Positions 10,646-19,900 of a DNA stretch of 58,796 bases are shown here, in pieces (position 1 is the stretch's first letter; each line of letters begins with the position of its first letter). A program made the position numbers and the translations under genes. The stretch comes from a virus. Taxonomy: Duplodnaviria; Caudoviricetes. The notes under the pieces were generated by a model that ran no database searches, was not told where the DNA came from, and worked only from the letters and a program-made list of their open reading frames with translations. The DNA is taken from positions 1 to 58,796 of the IMG/VR virus record IMGVR_UViG_3300042542_005195. One strand, 5' to 3'.

Positions 10646-11406
10646 AATGTTTAACAATAAAAAGAGGTCCTGATGGATTTGGTTCACAATTATTCAGTAT
10701 AATTTCAGGTATTCTATATTCCAATTATAAAAATTACAAATATTATCACACAAAAATAGAAAATATTAAATTAGTTGATAAAGTGTCGTATCAAAATGAT
10801 GAAATTATTTTAGCAAACAAACTAATTGATAATTTTATTAATAATATGGGTTATGAAAGTTTACTTGATAAACAATGTGATACTTTACCTTTTACTCATG
10901 ATTTAATTTTTGACGAAGGCTCAGAATTATTCTTCACAGAGTCAATAATGGATAAATTAAAAAATTCATATTTTTTCGATTCAAAAACAAATTTTGACAA
11001 TGAAAAAATTAATGTTGCCGTACACATTAGAAGAGGTAATGATGTTTTAGAATCTGACAAAACATTTAGATGGATTGAATCTAGCGTATACGATGATTTA
11101 ATTTATAAAATTAATTCTAAGATTGAAAATGCGCATTTTTATGTATATTCTTGGAACGAACCTAATTTGTCAATAAATATACCTAATCTAACTTACAAAA
11201 CAGTGGAATCTGGAAATAGATTTATAGATGATTTTCATGAGTTGGTGAATTCAAATATACTTGTTGTCGGCTCAAGTACATTTAGTATTTCAGCGGGCTT
11301 CTTCAATAAGGGAATGGTAATATGTGATAATACATTATGTAAGTTACATAAGACACCAATACCACAAAAATGGAAAGAAAATTTCAATAAATTATTAAAC
11401 ACTTAA
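10642..11406 (+). CDS. GT11-like glycosyltransferase
   Basis: DGFGSQ, VHIRRGND and ILVVGSSTFS. Confidence 0.72.
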   Translation: MKCLTIKRGPDGFGSQLFSIISGILYSNYKNYKYYHTKIENIKLVDKVSYQNDEIILANKLIDNFINNMGYESLLDKQCDTLPFTHDLIFDEGSELFFTESIMDKLKNSYFFDSKTNFDNEKINVAVHIRRGNDVLESDKTFRWIESSVYDDLIYKINSKIENAHFYVYSWNEPNLSINIPNLTYKTVESGNRFIDDFHELVNSNILVVGSSTFSISAGFFNKGMVICDNTLCKLHKTPIPQKWKENFNKLLNT

Positions 11407-11407
11407 A

Positions 11408-12337
11408 ATGAAAGAAAAAAAAATATTAGTTACAGGTTCTAATGGTCTTTTAGGAACGGCATTGAAGAAAAAATTAGGGGTTAATCATCTTTACCACACA
11501 AGAGCCGATGCCGATTTGACGGACTACTTAGAAACATATAAGTATATCAAATACGCAGTCCAAGAAAAAAAAATCGACACAATAATTCATTGTGCTGCTA
11601 AAGTTGGTGGTATAAAAGCCAACATGGAAAATAATGAAGAATTTTTCAGGATTAATTATTTAATAAACAACAATGTATTAAGGTCTGCCGCAGAATTCAA
11701 AATAGAAAACTTTGTAAACGTACTCTCCACTTGTATTTTTCCCTCAGAAAATGTAACATTTCCATTAACACCAAATCAGATAGATTGCGGGGAACCTCAT
11801 ATAACAAATTATGGGTATTCATATTCAAAAAGATTATCTGGTTATGAAACCAAAATATTCAGAAAAATCTTAAATAAAAATTGGTATTCGGTGATTCCTA
11901 CTAATATATACGGACCAAACGACAACTTCAATTTGGAAACAAGTCATTTGATTGCAGGAATGATACATAGGGCCTTTTTATCAAAAAAAGAAAACAAAAA
12001 ATTTGAGATTTGGGGTGATGGTAATCAATTACGTCAATTTATCTTCGCTGAAGATTTAGCAGAACTAATTATATGGTCTTTAGATAATTGGAAAAAAGAA
12101 GAACACTGTATGCTTATCAATGAAACGGAGATTTCAGTTTTAGAAATTGCTTCACTAATTAGAAAAAAATTAGGGTTTGTTGACGACGAATTAGTTTTCG
12201 ATTTGACTAAACCAAAAGGGCAACATCGTAAACCAGCCATTTCAGACGTTAGAAATTTTAATTTTAAATCAATAAATGAAGGTATTGATGAAACTATAGA
12301 ATGGTTTATAAACAACTACAATGATATTAAAAAATGA
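11408..12337 (+). CDS. fcl: GDP-L-fucose/colitose synthase (epimerase-reductase, Fcl/ColC family)
   Basis: GSNGLLG, AAKVGGI, STCIFP, YSYSK, PTNIYGPNDNF and WGDG..LRQF. Confidence 0.9.
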   Translation: MKEKKILVTGSNGLLGTALKKKLGVNHLYHTRADADLTDYLETYKYIKYAVQEKKIDTIIHCAAKVGGIKANMENNEEFFRINYLINNNVLRSAAEFKIENFVNVLSTCIFPSENVTFPLTPNQIDCGEPHITNYGYSYSKRLSGYETKIFRKILNKNWYSVIPTNIYGPNDNFNLETSHLIAGMIHRAFLSKKENKKFEIWGDGNQLRQFIFAEDLAELIIWSLDNWKKEEHCMLINETEISVLEIASLIRKKLGFVDDELVFDLTKPKGQHRKPAISDVRNFNFKSINEGIDETIEWFINNYNDIKK

Positions 12338-13491
12338 AAAAAATTAATTTAGTGAGTGACACAATAGATAAAAAAGACATCATGACTCTAAGTCAATGGT
12401 TGTTACAAGACGAAATACCAAGATTAACAAAGGGAAACTTAACTTGGGAACTCGAAAAAAAATGGGCAAACAAAATTGGTACAAAATTTTCTGTATTTGT
12501 CAATTCAGGTTCTTCGTCAATTTTATTAACGTTAGCGTCTTTAATACATTCTAAAAGATTAAGGAATAATAAAATAGTAGTTCCGGGTTTGAGTTGGGCA
12601 ACCGATGTAAGTTCACCAATATTACTTAATATGGAACCTATTTTGTGTGATTGTAATTTGAAAGATTTGTCTTGTGATTTGGAACACTTAGAACAATTGT
12701 TCTTAGAGTATGACCCATCTTGTTTCATTTTGGTATCAACCTTAGGATTGGTACCTGATATGGATAAGATAGTTTCTTTATGTGAAAAATATAACGTAAT
12801 TTTATTAGAAGATGTGTGTGAAAGTATGGGTTCCAAATACGGTGAAAAATATCTCGGAACTTTTGGTTTTGCATCTTTTTTTTCTATGTATTTCGGACAT
12901 CATTTATCAACAATAGAAGGTGGTTTTATAAACACTGATGATGAAGATTTCTATTACGCATTACTTATGATGAGAAGTCATGGTTGGGATAGAGATTTAC
13001 CTGAAAAAGTACAAAAAGAGTTGCGTAATAAATACAACGTTAGTGAGTTCGATTCGTTATACACTTTTTATTTACCCGGATTCAATTTAAGGTCAACTGA
13101 CTTACAAGCATTTTTAGGTCTTAGGGCCATAGATAAACTAGACAATGTTTCAACAATAAGAAACAAAAACTTTTCAAGTTATCAGAAATTCATTAAAGGT
13201 AATTTACTCCAAATACAAAATAGTGAAAATGATTTTATTTCTAATTTCGCGTTTCCAGTAGTTAAAAAAGAAAGAGAATCAATAATCAAATCCCTTAACG
13301 AAAATGGCGTAGAAGTTAGACCATTAATTGCTGGTGACATGTCAAAAAAACCAATGTGGTTAGAAAATTATGGAGAGGTGTTTTTACCTAATTGTGATTT
13401 AATAAATAAATTCGGATTTTATTTACCCAACCATCAAGATTTAACAACAGAACAAATTAATTTTATTTCTTCAATAGTTAATAATGGATAA
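12334..13491 (+). CDS. colD: GDP-4-keto-6-deoxy-D-mannose 3-dehydratase (ColD-like, DegT/DnrJ family)
   Basis: VNSGSS, EDVCES, and SMYFGHHLSTIEGG with His at the position of the PLP lysine. Confidence 0.78.
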   Translation: MKKINLVSDTIDKKDIMTLSQWLLQDEIPRLTKGNLTWELEKKWANKIGTKFSVFVNSGSSSILLTLASLIHSKRLRNNKIVVPGLSWATDVSSPILLNMEPILCDCNLKDLSCDLEHLEQLFLEYDPSCFILVSTLGLVPDMDKIVSLCEKYNVILLEDVCESMGSKYGEKYLGTFGFASFFSMYFGHHLSTIEGGFINTDDEDFYYALLMMRSHGWDRDLPEKVQKELRNKYNVSEFDSLYTFYLPGFNLRSTDLQAFLGLRAIDKLDNVSTIRNKNFSSYQKFIKGNLLQIQNSENDFISNFAFPVVKKERESIIKSLNENGVEVRPLIAGDMSKKPMWLENYGEVFLPNCDLINKFGFYLPNHQDLTTEQINFISSIVNNG

Positions 13492-14281
13492 AAAATTCGT
13501 AACAAATCAAATTTTAGACCACGGTATGGGGTCTAGGGTTTTAAAAATGATTAATTTATTTGCTTATGTAGAACTTTTAAAAAGAGAAGGAAAAAATTAT
13601 GAGTACGTACACACACCATTGTCATATGAAGGATTCGGAAAAAATTTTGATAACAATCAATTACCCTTATATTACCATACATCAATACAAAATAATAGAG
13701 ATGAATATCTTAAAATATGTAAAAGGTGGGATGATATGTTCGAATATAAAGGGTTAACCGTAAATCAAATAGGAGAAAGCACTTTGATTCCGCATATACA
13801 TCCTGATTTTTTAGGTGGGGACCAATATCATTGTTATAATTTTACGCGAGAAATTAAAGAATTAATAATAGAAAAATTTAATTTACAAAAAAAAGAAAAA
13901 ACAAAAAAAAACGAAATCAATGTCCACATAAGAAGAGGAGATGTTACCAATATAACTAATAATGATAGATGGTTAAGTGATGAATATTACTTAAATACTT
14001 TAGATTACCTTAAACAAAAATTCCCAAATTCTGAAATCAAAATTTATACGCAAAAAAAAAATTTCAATAAAGAGAAGTTTTCGAAATACAAAGTTTATTA
14101 CGATGATGAAATTTTAGATAATGAGGTGTGGTTGAATTTTATGAATTCGGATATATTAGTAATTGGTAAAAGTTCTTTCAGTTACAGTGCAGGAATATTA
14201 TGTGACGGTATTGTTATTTACCCTTCGGATGGAATGTTTCATCCTAAATTAAAAGATTGGAAAAATATATATGAATTATGA
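13484..14281 (+). CDS. GT11-like glycosyltransferase
   Basis: HGMGSR, VHIRRGDV and DILVIGKSSFSY. Confidence 0.72.
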   Translation: MDKKFVTNQILDHGMGSRVLKMINLFAYVELLKREGKNYEYVHTPLSYEGFGKNFDNNQLPLYYHTSIQNNRDEYLKICKRWDDMFEYKGLTVNQIGESTLIPHIHPDFLGGDQYHCYNFTREIKELIIEKFNLQKKEKTKKNEINVHIRRGDVTNITNNDRWLSDEYYLNTLDYLKQKFPNSEIKIYTQKKNFNKEKFSKYKVYYDDEILDNEVWLNFMNSDILVIGKSSFSYSAGILCDGIVIYPSDGMFHPKLKDWKNIYEL

Positions 14282-15255
14282 ATAAAGTTTTAATAACAGG
14301 AATAAACGGACAAGACGGTTCCTACTTGGCCGAAATTTTATTGGAAAAGGGATACGAGGTGCATGGTACATTAAAAAGAAATTCTGTATCTGAAAATCAA
14401 ACCGTAAGATTGGATTCTATCTACACAAAAATTGTGTTACATTACGCCGATTTAACAGATTTGTCTTCTTTAGTGTCAGTAATACAAAAAGTTATGCCTG
14501 ATGAAATATATAATTTAGCGGCACAATCCCATGTTAGGATTTCATTCGACCAACCAATATACACCGCTAACTCCACAGGATTAGGGACTTTGAATTTATT
14601 GGAAGCGGTAAAGTTAATAAAACCTGATGCTAAGATATACCAAGCATCTTCATCTGAAATGTTTGGTAACTCAATTGACTCAGACGGATACCAAAGAGAA
14701 ACAACACCAATGAATCCGGTCTCTCCTTATGGATGTGCAAAGGTATTTTCTTACAATATTTGTAGAAATTATAGAAATTCATATGGTATGAAAATATGGA
14801 ACGGTATTTTATTTAATCACGAATCTCCCCGTAGAGGAACAAATTTTGTAACCAACAAAGTAGTTAAAGAGGCGGTTAAAATTAAATTAGGTTTATCTAA
14901 TGAATTAAGATTAGGAAATTTAGATGCTACAAGAGATTGGGGTCACGCTAAGGATTATGTTGAAGCGATGTGGTTGATGTTACAAGATGATACACCAGAT
15001 GATTATGTTTGTGCTACAGGTATTTCGCACTCCGTAAAAGATTTATGTGACTACACTTTTTCTAAATTAGGTTTAGATTATAAGCAATATGTTAAACAAG
15101 ACCAAAAACATTTCAGACCTGAAGAATTAAATGATTTAAAAGGTGATTCATCTAAATTGAGAAAAAAATTAGGTTGGGAACCTAAGTATACATTCGAAAC
15201 TATGATTGATGAAATGATTAATTATTGGTTACAATATTATGGAGAAAAAAAATGA
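14278..15255 (+). CDS. gmd: GDP-mannose 4,6-dehydratase
   Basis: LITGINGQDGSYLAE, NLAAQSHV, QASSSEMFG and LFNHESPRRG. Confidence 0.97.
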   Translation: MNKVLITGINGQDGSYLAEILLEKGYEVHGTLKRNSVSENQTVRLDSIYTKIVLHYADLTDLSSLVSVIQKVMPDEIYNLAAQSHVRISFDQPIYTANSTGLGTLNLLEAVKLIKPDAKIYQASSSEMFGNSIDSDGYQRETTPMNPVSPYGCAKVFSYNICRNYRNSYGMKIWNGILFNHESPRRGTNFVTNKVVKEAVKIKLGLSNELRLGNLDATRDWGHAKDYVEAMWLMLQDDTPDDYVCATGISHSVKDLCDYTFSKLGLDYKQYVKQDQKHFRPEELNDLKGDSSKLRKKLGWEPKYTFETMIDEMINYWLQYYGEKK

Positions 15256-15983
15256 CACAAAGAAAAAAACAGAATTCTCAACCGAGGACTGAACCTTCAG
15301 AAAAAAAATTGACCAAAAAAGAATATATCAATTCTTTGGTTAGTAAAAAAATTAGAAACAAATTCCTTACTGAAAGTCAAAAAGAATATTACGAGTTATT
15401 AACTAATAACCAAATTGTGTTATGTTCAGGCCCCGCTGGTGTCGGTAAAAGTTATATCTCGATGAAGGCCGCAGTTGATTTATTATTAGACCCCGCCAAC
15501 TCATACGAAAAACTTGTAATTGTTAGACCGGCAGTTGAAGCGGAAGAGAAATTAGGTTCATTACCAGGAAATGTGGAAGAAAAGTTGGACCCCTATATTT
15601 TTCCATCTTATTATCTTTTAAATAAAATCATCGGTAAAGAGGCCCGTGAAAAATTAAAGGAGGCGGAAATTATTGAGGTATTTGCCTTGGCTTATATGAG
15701 AGGTATGAATATCGATAACACGATATTGATTTTTGAGGAGGCACAAAACTCAACACCAAATCAAATGAAATTATTATTGACAAGGATTGGTTATAACTCT
15801 AAATTTTTTATATCAGGAGATTTAGAACAAACCGACAGATATAAAGACAAACGTCAATCAGGATTGTGGGACGCACTTCAAAGGTTTAAAGCATTAAATG
15901 ACGTAGGTGTATTTGAATTTTCAGACAAAGATGTGGTAAGAAATCCACTAATTAGTAAACTATTAAAAAGATACGAAGAATGA
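15252..15983 (+). CDS. phoH: PhoH-family ATPase
   Basis: GPAGVGKS, LGSLPG, YMRG, EEAQN, GDLEQ and VVRNPL. ATGA overlap with gmd. Confidence 0.95.
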   Translation: MTQRKKQNSQPRTEPSEKKLTKKEYINSLVSKKIRNKFLTESQKEYYELLTNNQIVLCSGPAGVGKSYISMKAAVDLLLDPANSYEKLVIVRPAVEAEEKLGSLPGNVEEKLDPYIFPSYYLLNKIIGKEAREKLKEAEIIEVFALAYMRGMNIDNTILIFEEAQNSTPNQMKLLLTRIGYNSKFFISGDLEQTDRYKDKRQSGLWDALQRFKALNDVGVFEFSDKDVVRNPLISKLLKRYEE

Positions 15984-16645
15984 GAATTGGTTTTGAATTA
16001 AATGGTGTCCTAAGAGATACAATTGAGAAGTTTAAACAAACTTACGAAAGATATTTAATTGACGAGGAATATGATGAAAAACTAAGGACCTACGAAGCAA
16101 TTGATAATAACGAAGATTATAAAGAAATCTTAACTAACGTAGAGACACCATTCAAGTACGAGGTTTTATCTGAACCAGATTCACTTGATTTGGCAAAACA
16201 TTTTGCATTTCCAAATAATGATGAGTTATATAATTTTATGTACCAAGAATTTCCAATGCAGATTTTTGGTCATGCTCCATCCACCGAGATGACATCGTTC
16301 AATGATTTAAATGATTTATATGTTAAATTAAGAGACGAACATGACTTGTTGATTGTTTCCGATGAGATTGGTAAATCAAAACCCGCATCACTTTTTTTCA
16401 TTTCAAAATTTGGATGTTTGTTAGAGAAAGTAAAATTTTATTCCAATCAGACAATTAAATCTATGTGGGATGAAGTAGATGTTTTACTTACGGCAAATCC
16501 TGACTTATTATTAAATCATCCACAAAATAAAATTGTGGTTAAATATGAAACAAAATATAATAAACACGTTTCTTCCCCATATACAATTTCTTCATTAAAA
16601 GAATTTGAATCTATGTTGGAGAACATCTTAAAACAATACGCATAA
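15980..16645 (+). CDS. HAD-like 5'(3')-nucleotidase-fold protein with degenerate motif I
   Basis: RIGFELNGVLRD resembles xIGxDxDGVLxD but lacks both Asp residues. Confidence 0.5.
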   Translation: MRIGFELNGVLRDTIEKFKQTYERYLIDEEYDEKLRTYEAIDNNEDYKEILTNVETPFKYEVLSEPDSLDLAKHFAFPNNDELYNFMYQEFPMQIFGHAPSTEMTSFNDLNDLYVKLRDEHDLLIVSDEIGKSKPASLFFISKFGCLLEKVKFYSNQTIKSMWDEVDVLLTANPDLLLNHPQNKIVVKYETKYNKHVSSPYTISSLKEFESMLENILKQYA

Positions 16646-16908
16646 TGTTCAAAATTTTTAATGATAACTATTACATCGATATTGATGAAATTGAAAAATA
16701 TATCAATATCCCAAATGTTTCAGGTGGTTCTGAAATGCACATCAACGTTGTGAAATACGAGGCCGTTAAAATGCTGTTGGAGGTTTTGGTAACCGAAGAC
16801 GAAGAAATTGATGAGTCATTGGGTTTAAAGGGAGGAAACGGTTTAACTATCCCATTCAAATTAGCGTTTAATTCATTATTAAATAAAAAATTAATTAACA
16901 AATATTAA
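16645..16908 (+). CDS. Hypothetical protein
   Basis: Translationally coupled ORF (TAATG overlap). Confidence 0.75.
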   Translation: MFKIFNDNYYIDIDEIEKYINIPNVSGGSEMHINVVKYEAVKMLLEVLVTEDEEIDESLGLKGGNGLTIPFKLAFNSLLNKKLINKY

Positions 16909-16909
16909 T

Positions 16910-17974
16910 ATGACACAAGAACAAATTCAAAAATTAGAAAAATCTATTGAGAATTTAAAAAATAAATCAGTAAGGATTTATTTTATGGTACAAGACACCA
17001 AAGGTAATGCAAGGGCGTCAATCGCATATACTTACCGAATGGCATTAACATTAAAGAAAAACGGATTTAATCCTGTAATTTTACATGAAAAACCTGATTA
17101 TGCTGGCGTTGCAAATTGGTTGGGTCAAGAATTCATGGATGAACTCCCTCATAAACCAATTGAAGGTCAGAACTTGGAAGTGTCCCCTGAGGATTTTATT
17201 ATTGTTCCTGAACTTTATGGTTTTGTAATGACGCAATTAGCGAATTTACCATGTGCTAAAATTGTATTATGTCAAGCATATGACCATGTATTAGAAACAT
17301 TACAACCTGGTCAAAATTGGGTACAATTTGGTTTTACAAAATGTATTGTAACTTCAGAATCACAAAAAGAATATGTATCAGCATTTATGAAAAACATTTC
17401 ATATGACATTATTCCTCCTGTTATTTCTGAGAACTTTGTTAAACAAGAATTACCACCAAAACCAATTATTGCAATTCACACAAGAGACCAACGAGATACT
17501 ATGACTCTTATTAAAACCTTCTATCTGAAATACCCTCAATATCGTTGGGTTACATTTAGAGATATGAGAGGTTTGTCAGAAAAAGAATTTGCAAACGCAC
17601 TTAAAGATTGTTTCTTATCTGTTTGGATTGACCCAACTAGTGGTTTTGGAACATTCCCACTGGAATCTATGAAGGTTGGTGTACCTGTAATTGGTAAAAT
17701 TCCAAATATGTTCCCTGAGTGGATGAACGAAGATAATGGACTTTGGATTAGAGAACACAATCAGATTGTAGATTTCGTATCTGACTTTTTACATAATTGG
17801 TTGGAAGATAACATCAATGAATCACTTTATGAGAATATTGAATCTACTTCAAAAGCATATTCAGACACAAAAAAATTCGAAAGACAAGTTGTTGATACAT
17901 TCAATAGATATATTGATACACGACTTGAACCATTCCAAGAACAATTAACTAAACTTGAAACAACAGAAAAATAA
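16910..17974 (+). CDS. GT-B/GT4-like glycosyltransferase
   Basis: SGFGTFPLESMKVGVPVIG matches the GT4 nucleotide-binding signature. Confidence 0.75.
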   Translation: MTQEQIQKLEKSIENLKNKSVRIYFMVQDTKGNARASIAYTYRMALTLKKNGFNPVILHEKPDYAGVANWLGQEFMDELPHKPIEGQNLEVSPEDFIIVPELYGFVMTQLANLPCAKIVLCQAYDHVLETLQPGQNWVQFGFTKCIVTSESQKEYVSAFMKNISYDIIPPVISENFVKQELPPKPIIAIHTRDQRDTMTLIKTFYLKYPQYRWVTFRDMRGLSEKEFANALKDCFLSVWIDPTSGFGTFPLESMKVGVPVIGKIPNMFPEWMNEDNGLWIREHNQIVDFVSDFLHNWLEDNINESLYENIESTSKAYSDTKKFERQVVDTFNRYIDTRLEPFQEQLTKLETTEK

Positions 17975-17975
17975 T

Positions 17976-18782
17976 ATGAGCGAGACATTAAATTTATCAG
18001 TAATATTACCTATTAAATCTGCAAAGGTTAAAGATTTTGAAGAACTTTATGATAAAGCAATTTCATCATTGAAATCTCAAAAGACACCATTTAATGAACT
18101 TATCATTGTTCATACAGATGAAGATAGATTACAAGAAGTGGTTAATTCATACGATTATGGTGATTTGAATGTAAAAAAATTGGTTTGGTCTGAAACTCCA
18201 AATTATACATCACAAATTAATTATGGGGTTGAAAACTCAAATTCAGAGTGGGTTTCATTTTTTGAATTTGATGATGAGTATTCATCAATTTGGTTTAAAA
18301 ATGTTGCGATTTATGCAAAGGCATATAAAGATGTTGACGCATTTTTACCAATCGTCGTTGATATTGATGACAAAGGTACTTTTGCAGGTTTTACAAACGA
18401 AGCAACCTTTGCGGCAAACTTCTCACCTGATATGGGAATTTTAACTAATGATACTCTACAGAGTTATCAAAATTTCCAGTCATCGGGTATGGTGATTAAA
18501 AAATCCATTTTTGAACAGTATGGAAAATTCAAACCGTCATTTAAATTAACCTTTGTTTATGAATTCATGTTAAGAATGACACACAATTCTGCAAAGATTA
18601 TGACAATACCAAAAATTGGATACAAACACGTTAATTTGAGAGAAGGTTCAATTTTTTGGAATTACAAAAATGGTTCGGATGTTTTGGTTCCTGATGAAAT
18701 CAAATTTTGGATTGACGCAGCAAAAAAGGAATATTTGTTCACTGTTGATAGACAGATAAAATATGAACCACAAACCGTTTAA
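17976..18782 (+). CDS. GT2-like glycosyltransferase
   Basis: LSVILPI and INYGV...EWVSFFEFDD. Confidence 0.78.
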   Translation: MSETLNLSVILPIKSAKVKDFEELYDKAISSLKSQKTPFNELIIVHTDEDRLQEVVNSYDYGDLNVKKLVWSETPNYTSQINYGVENSNSEWVSFFEFDDEYSSIWFKNVAIYAKAYKDVDAFLPIVVDIDDKGTFAGFTNEATFAANFSPDMGILTNDTLQSYQNFQSSGMVIKKSIFEQYGKFKPSFKLTFVYEFMLRMTHNSAKIMTIPKIGYKHVNLREGSIFWNYKNGSDVLVPDEIKFWIDAAKKEYLFTVDRQIKYEPQTV

Positions 18783-19525
18783 TGACTTTAAGTGGAGACA
18801 CGATAGATGAATTAAAGAAGAAGGGACGAAAACCAAAATCCGATAATTATTTTGACGAAAGAGAGGAAACTGCTGTAAGATTATTTTTATCCGCAAATAC
18901 ATTTGAGGAAAAAAACAAAATATATAATCAAGCGCTTAGAAAACCTTTAGACAAAATGATATCGTCAATTATAAGACGATATAAATTATACAGAAAGGAT
19001 ATGGATTTTCAGGAGATTCATGCCGACACCCATTCCTTTTTAATGACCAAAATTGAAAAGTTTAAGCCTTCTAAAGAGAAGAAGGCTTACTCTTATTTTG
19101 GTACAATCTGTAAAAACTATCTTATGGGTCAAATTATAAAAGACCAAAAAGATGTTAATAGAAAAATTTCATATGAGGATATATCATCTGATTTAGAAAA
19201 TGAGGGAAGAGAAGATTTGATATATTACATCGAGGATGATAATATCACAAGTAATCAGATAATTGATAGATTTTTAGATAGTTTGGTTGAAATATTACAG
19301 GAAAAAAATTTATCAGAAAACGAAAGAAAGTTAGGAGAATCATTATACGAAGTATTTTTAAACTACGATACAATTTTTATTAGTACCGATAATAATAAGT
19401 TCAATAAGAATATTATTTTATTATCTCTACGAGAGATGACCAATTTATCAACTAAAGAAATAAGGGCTTGTATGAAAAAATACAAAAAGTTGTATTTTGA
19501 TTTAATACAAAATATGGTTCGGTAA
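18782..19525 (+). CDS. Phage RNA polymerase sigma factor (gp55-like, late)
   Basis: KFKPSKEKKAYSYFGTICKNYL resembles sigma region 2 of T4 gp55-type factors. Located just upstream of the structural genes. Confidence 0.65.
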   Translation: MTLSGDTIDELKKKGRKPKSDNYFDEREETAVRLFLSANTFEEKNKIYNQALRKPLDKMISSIIRRYKLYRKDMDFQEIHADTHSFLMTKIEKFKPSKEKKAYSYFGTICKNYLMGQIIKDQKDVNRKISYEDISSDLENEGREDLIYYIEDDNITSNQIIDRFLDSLVEILQEKNLSENERKLGESLYEVFLNYDTIFISTDNNKFNKNIILLSLREMTNLSTKEIRACMKKYKKLYFDLIQNMVR

Positions 19526-19537
19526 ATATTTATAAAT

Positions 19538-19900
19538 ATGTCTAGACCACAAAAAAAGAAAATTGAGTTAACAAAAGAATCAATGTTATCTCTGATGCAA
19601 GAAATCTATAATGAACTTGTAGAGCAAAGAAATACTGCAATTCGTATCCAAAACAAGATGTTATCCATGATGAAAGACCCAGAGGATATGACATTAATTG
19701 GACCCGTGATTGAAAAACAACAAAAAATAATCAACGATTGTGTAGAAAAGAAATTACAACTTTCAAAACTGCAATCAACTATTTGGGAAAAATCTTCATC
19801 AAAAGAAGAAAGTTTCTCAATATCTGATATGGACGATGATTTGATTGAGGATTTAATCAAAAAAGATGTCGAGCAAAATAAAACCTTCAAACTTAAATAA
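19538..19900 (+). CDS. Coiled-coil hypothetical protein
   Basis: 120-aa ORF preceded by TATTTATA. Confidence 0.75.
   Translation: MSRPQKKKIELTKESMLSLMQEIYNELVEQRNTAIRIQNKMLSMMKDPEDMTLIGPVIEKQQKIINDCVEKKLQLSKLQSTIWEKSSSKEESFSISDMDDDLIEDLIKKDVEQNKTFKLK

Noticed and set aside
640-15255. Bacterial O-antigen/capsule locus (host contamination or chimeric contig)
   Set aside because: It is contiguous and translationally coupled with dUTPase, PhoH and phage late genes, has similar composition and has no export or polymerase genes. Read mapping would confirm.
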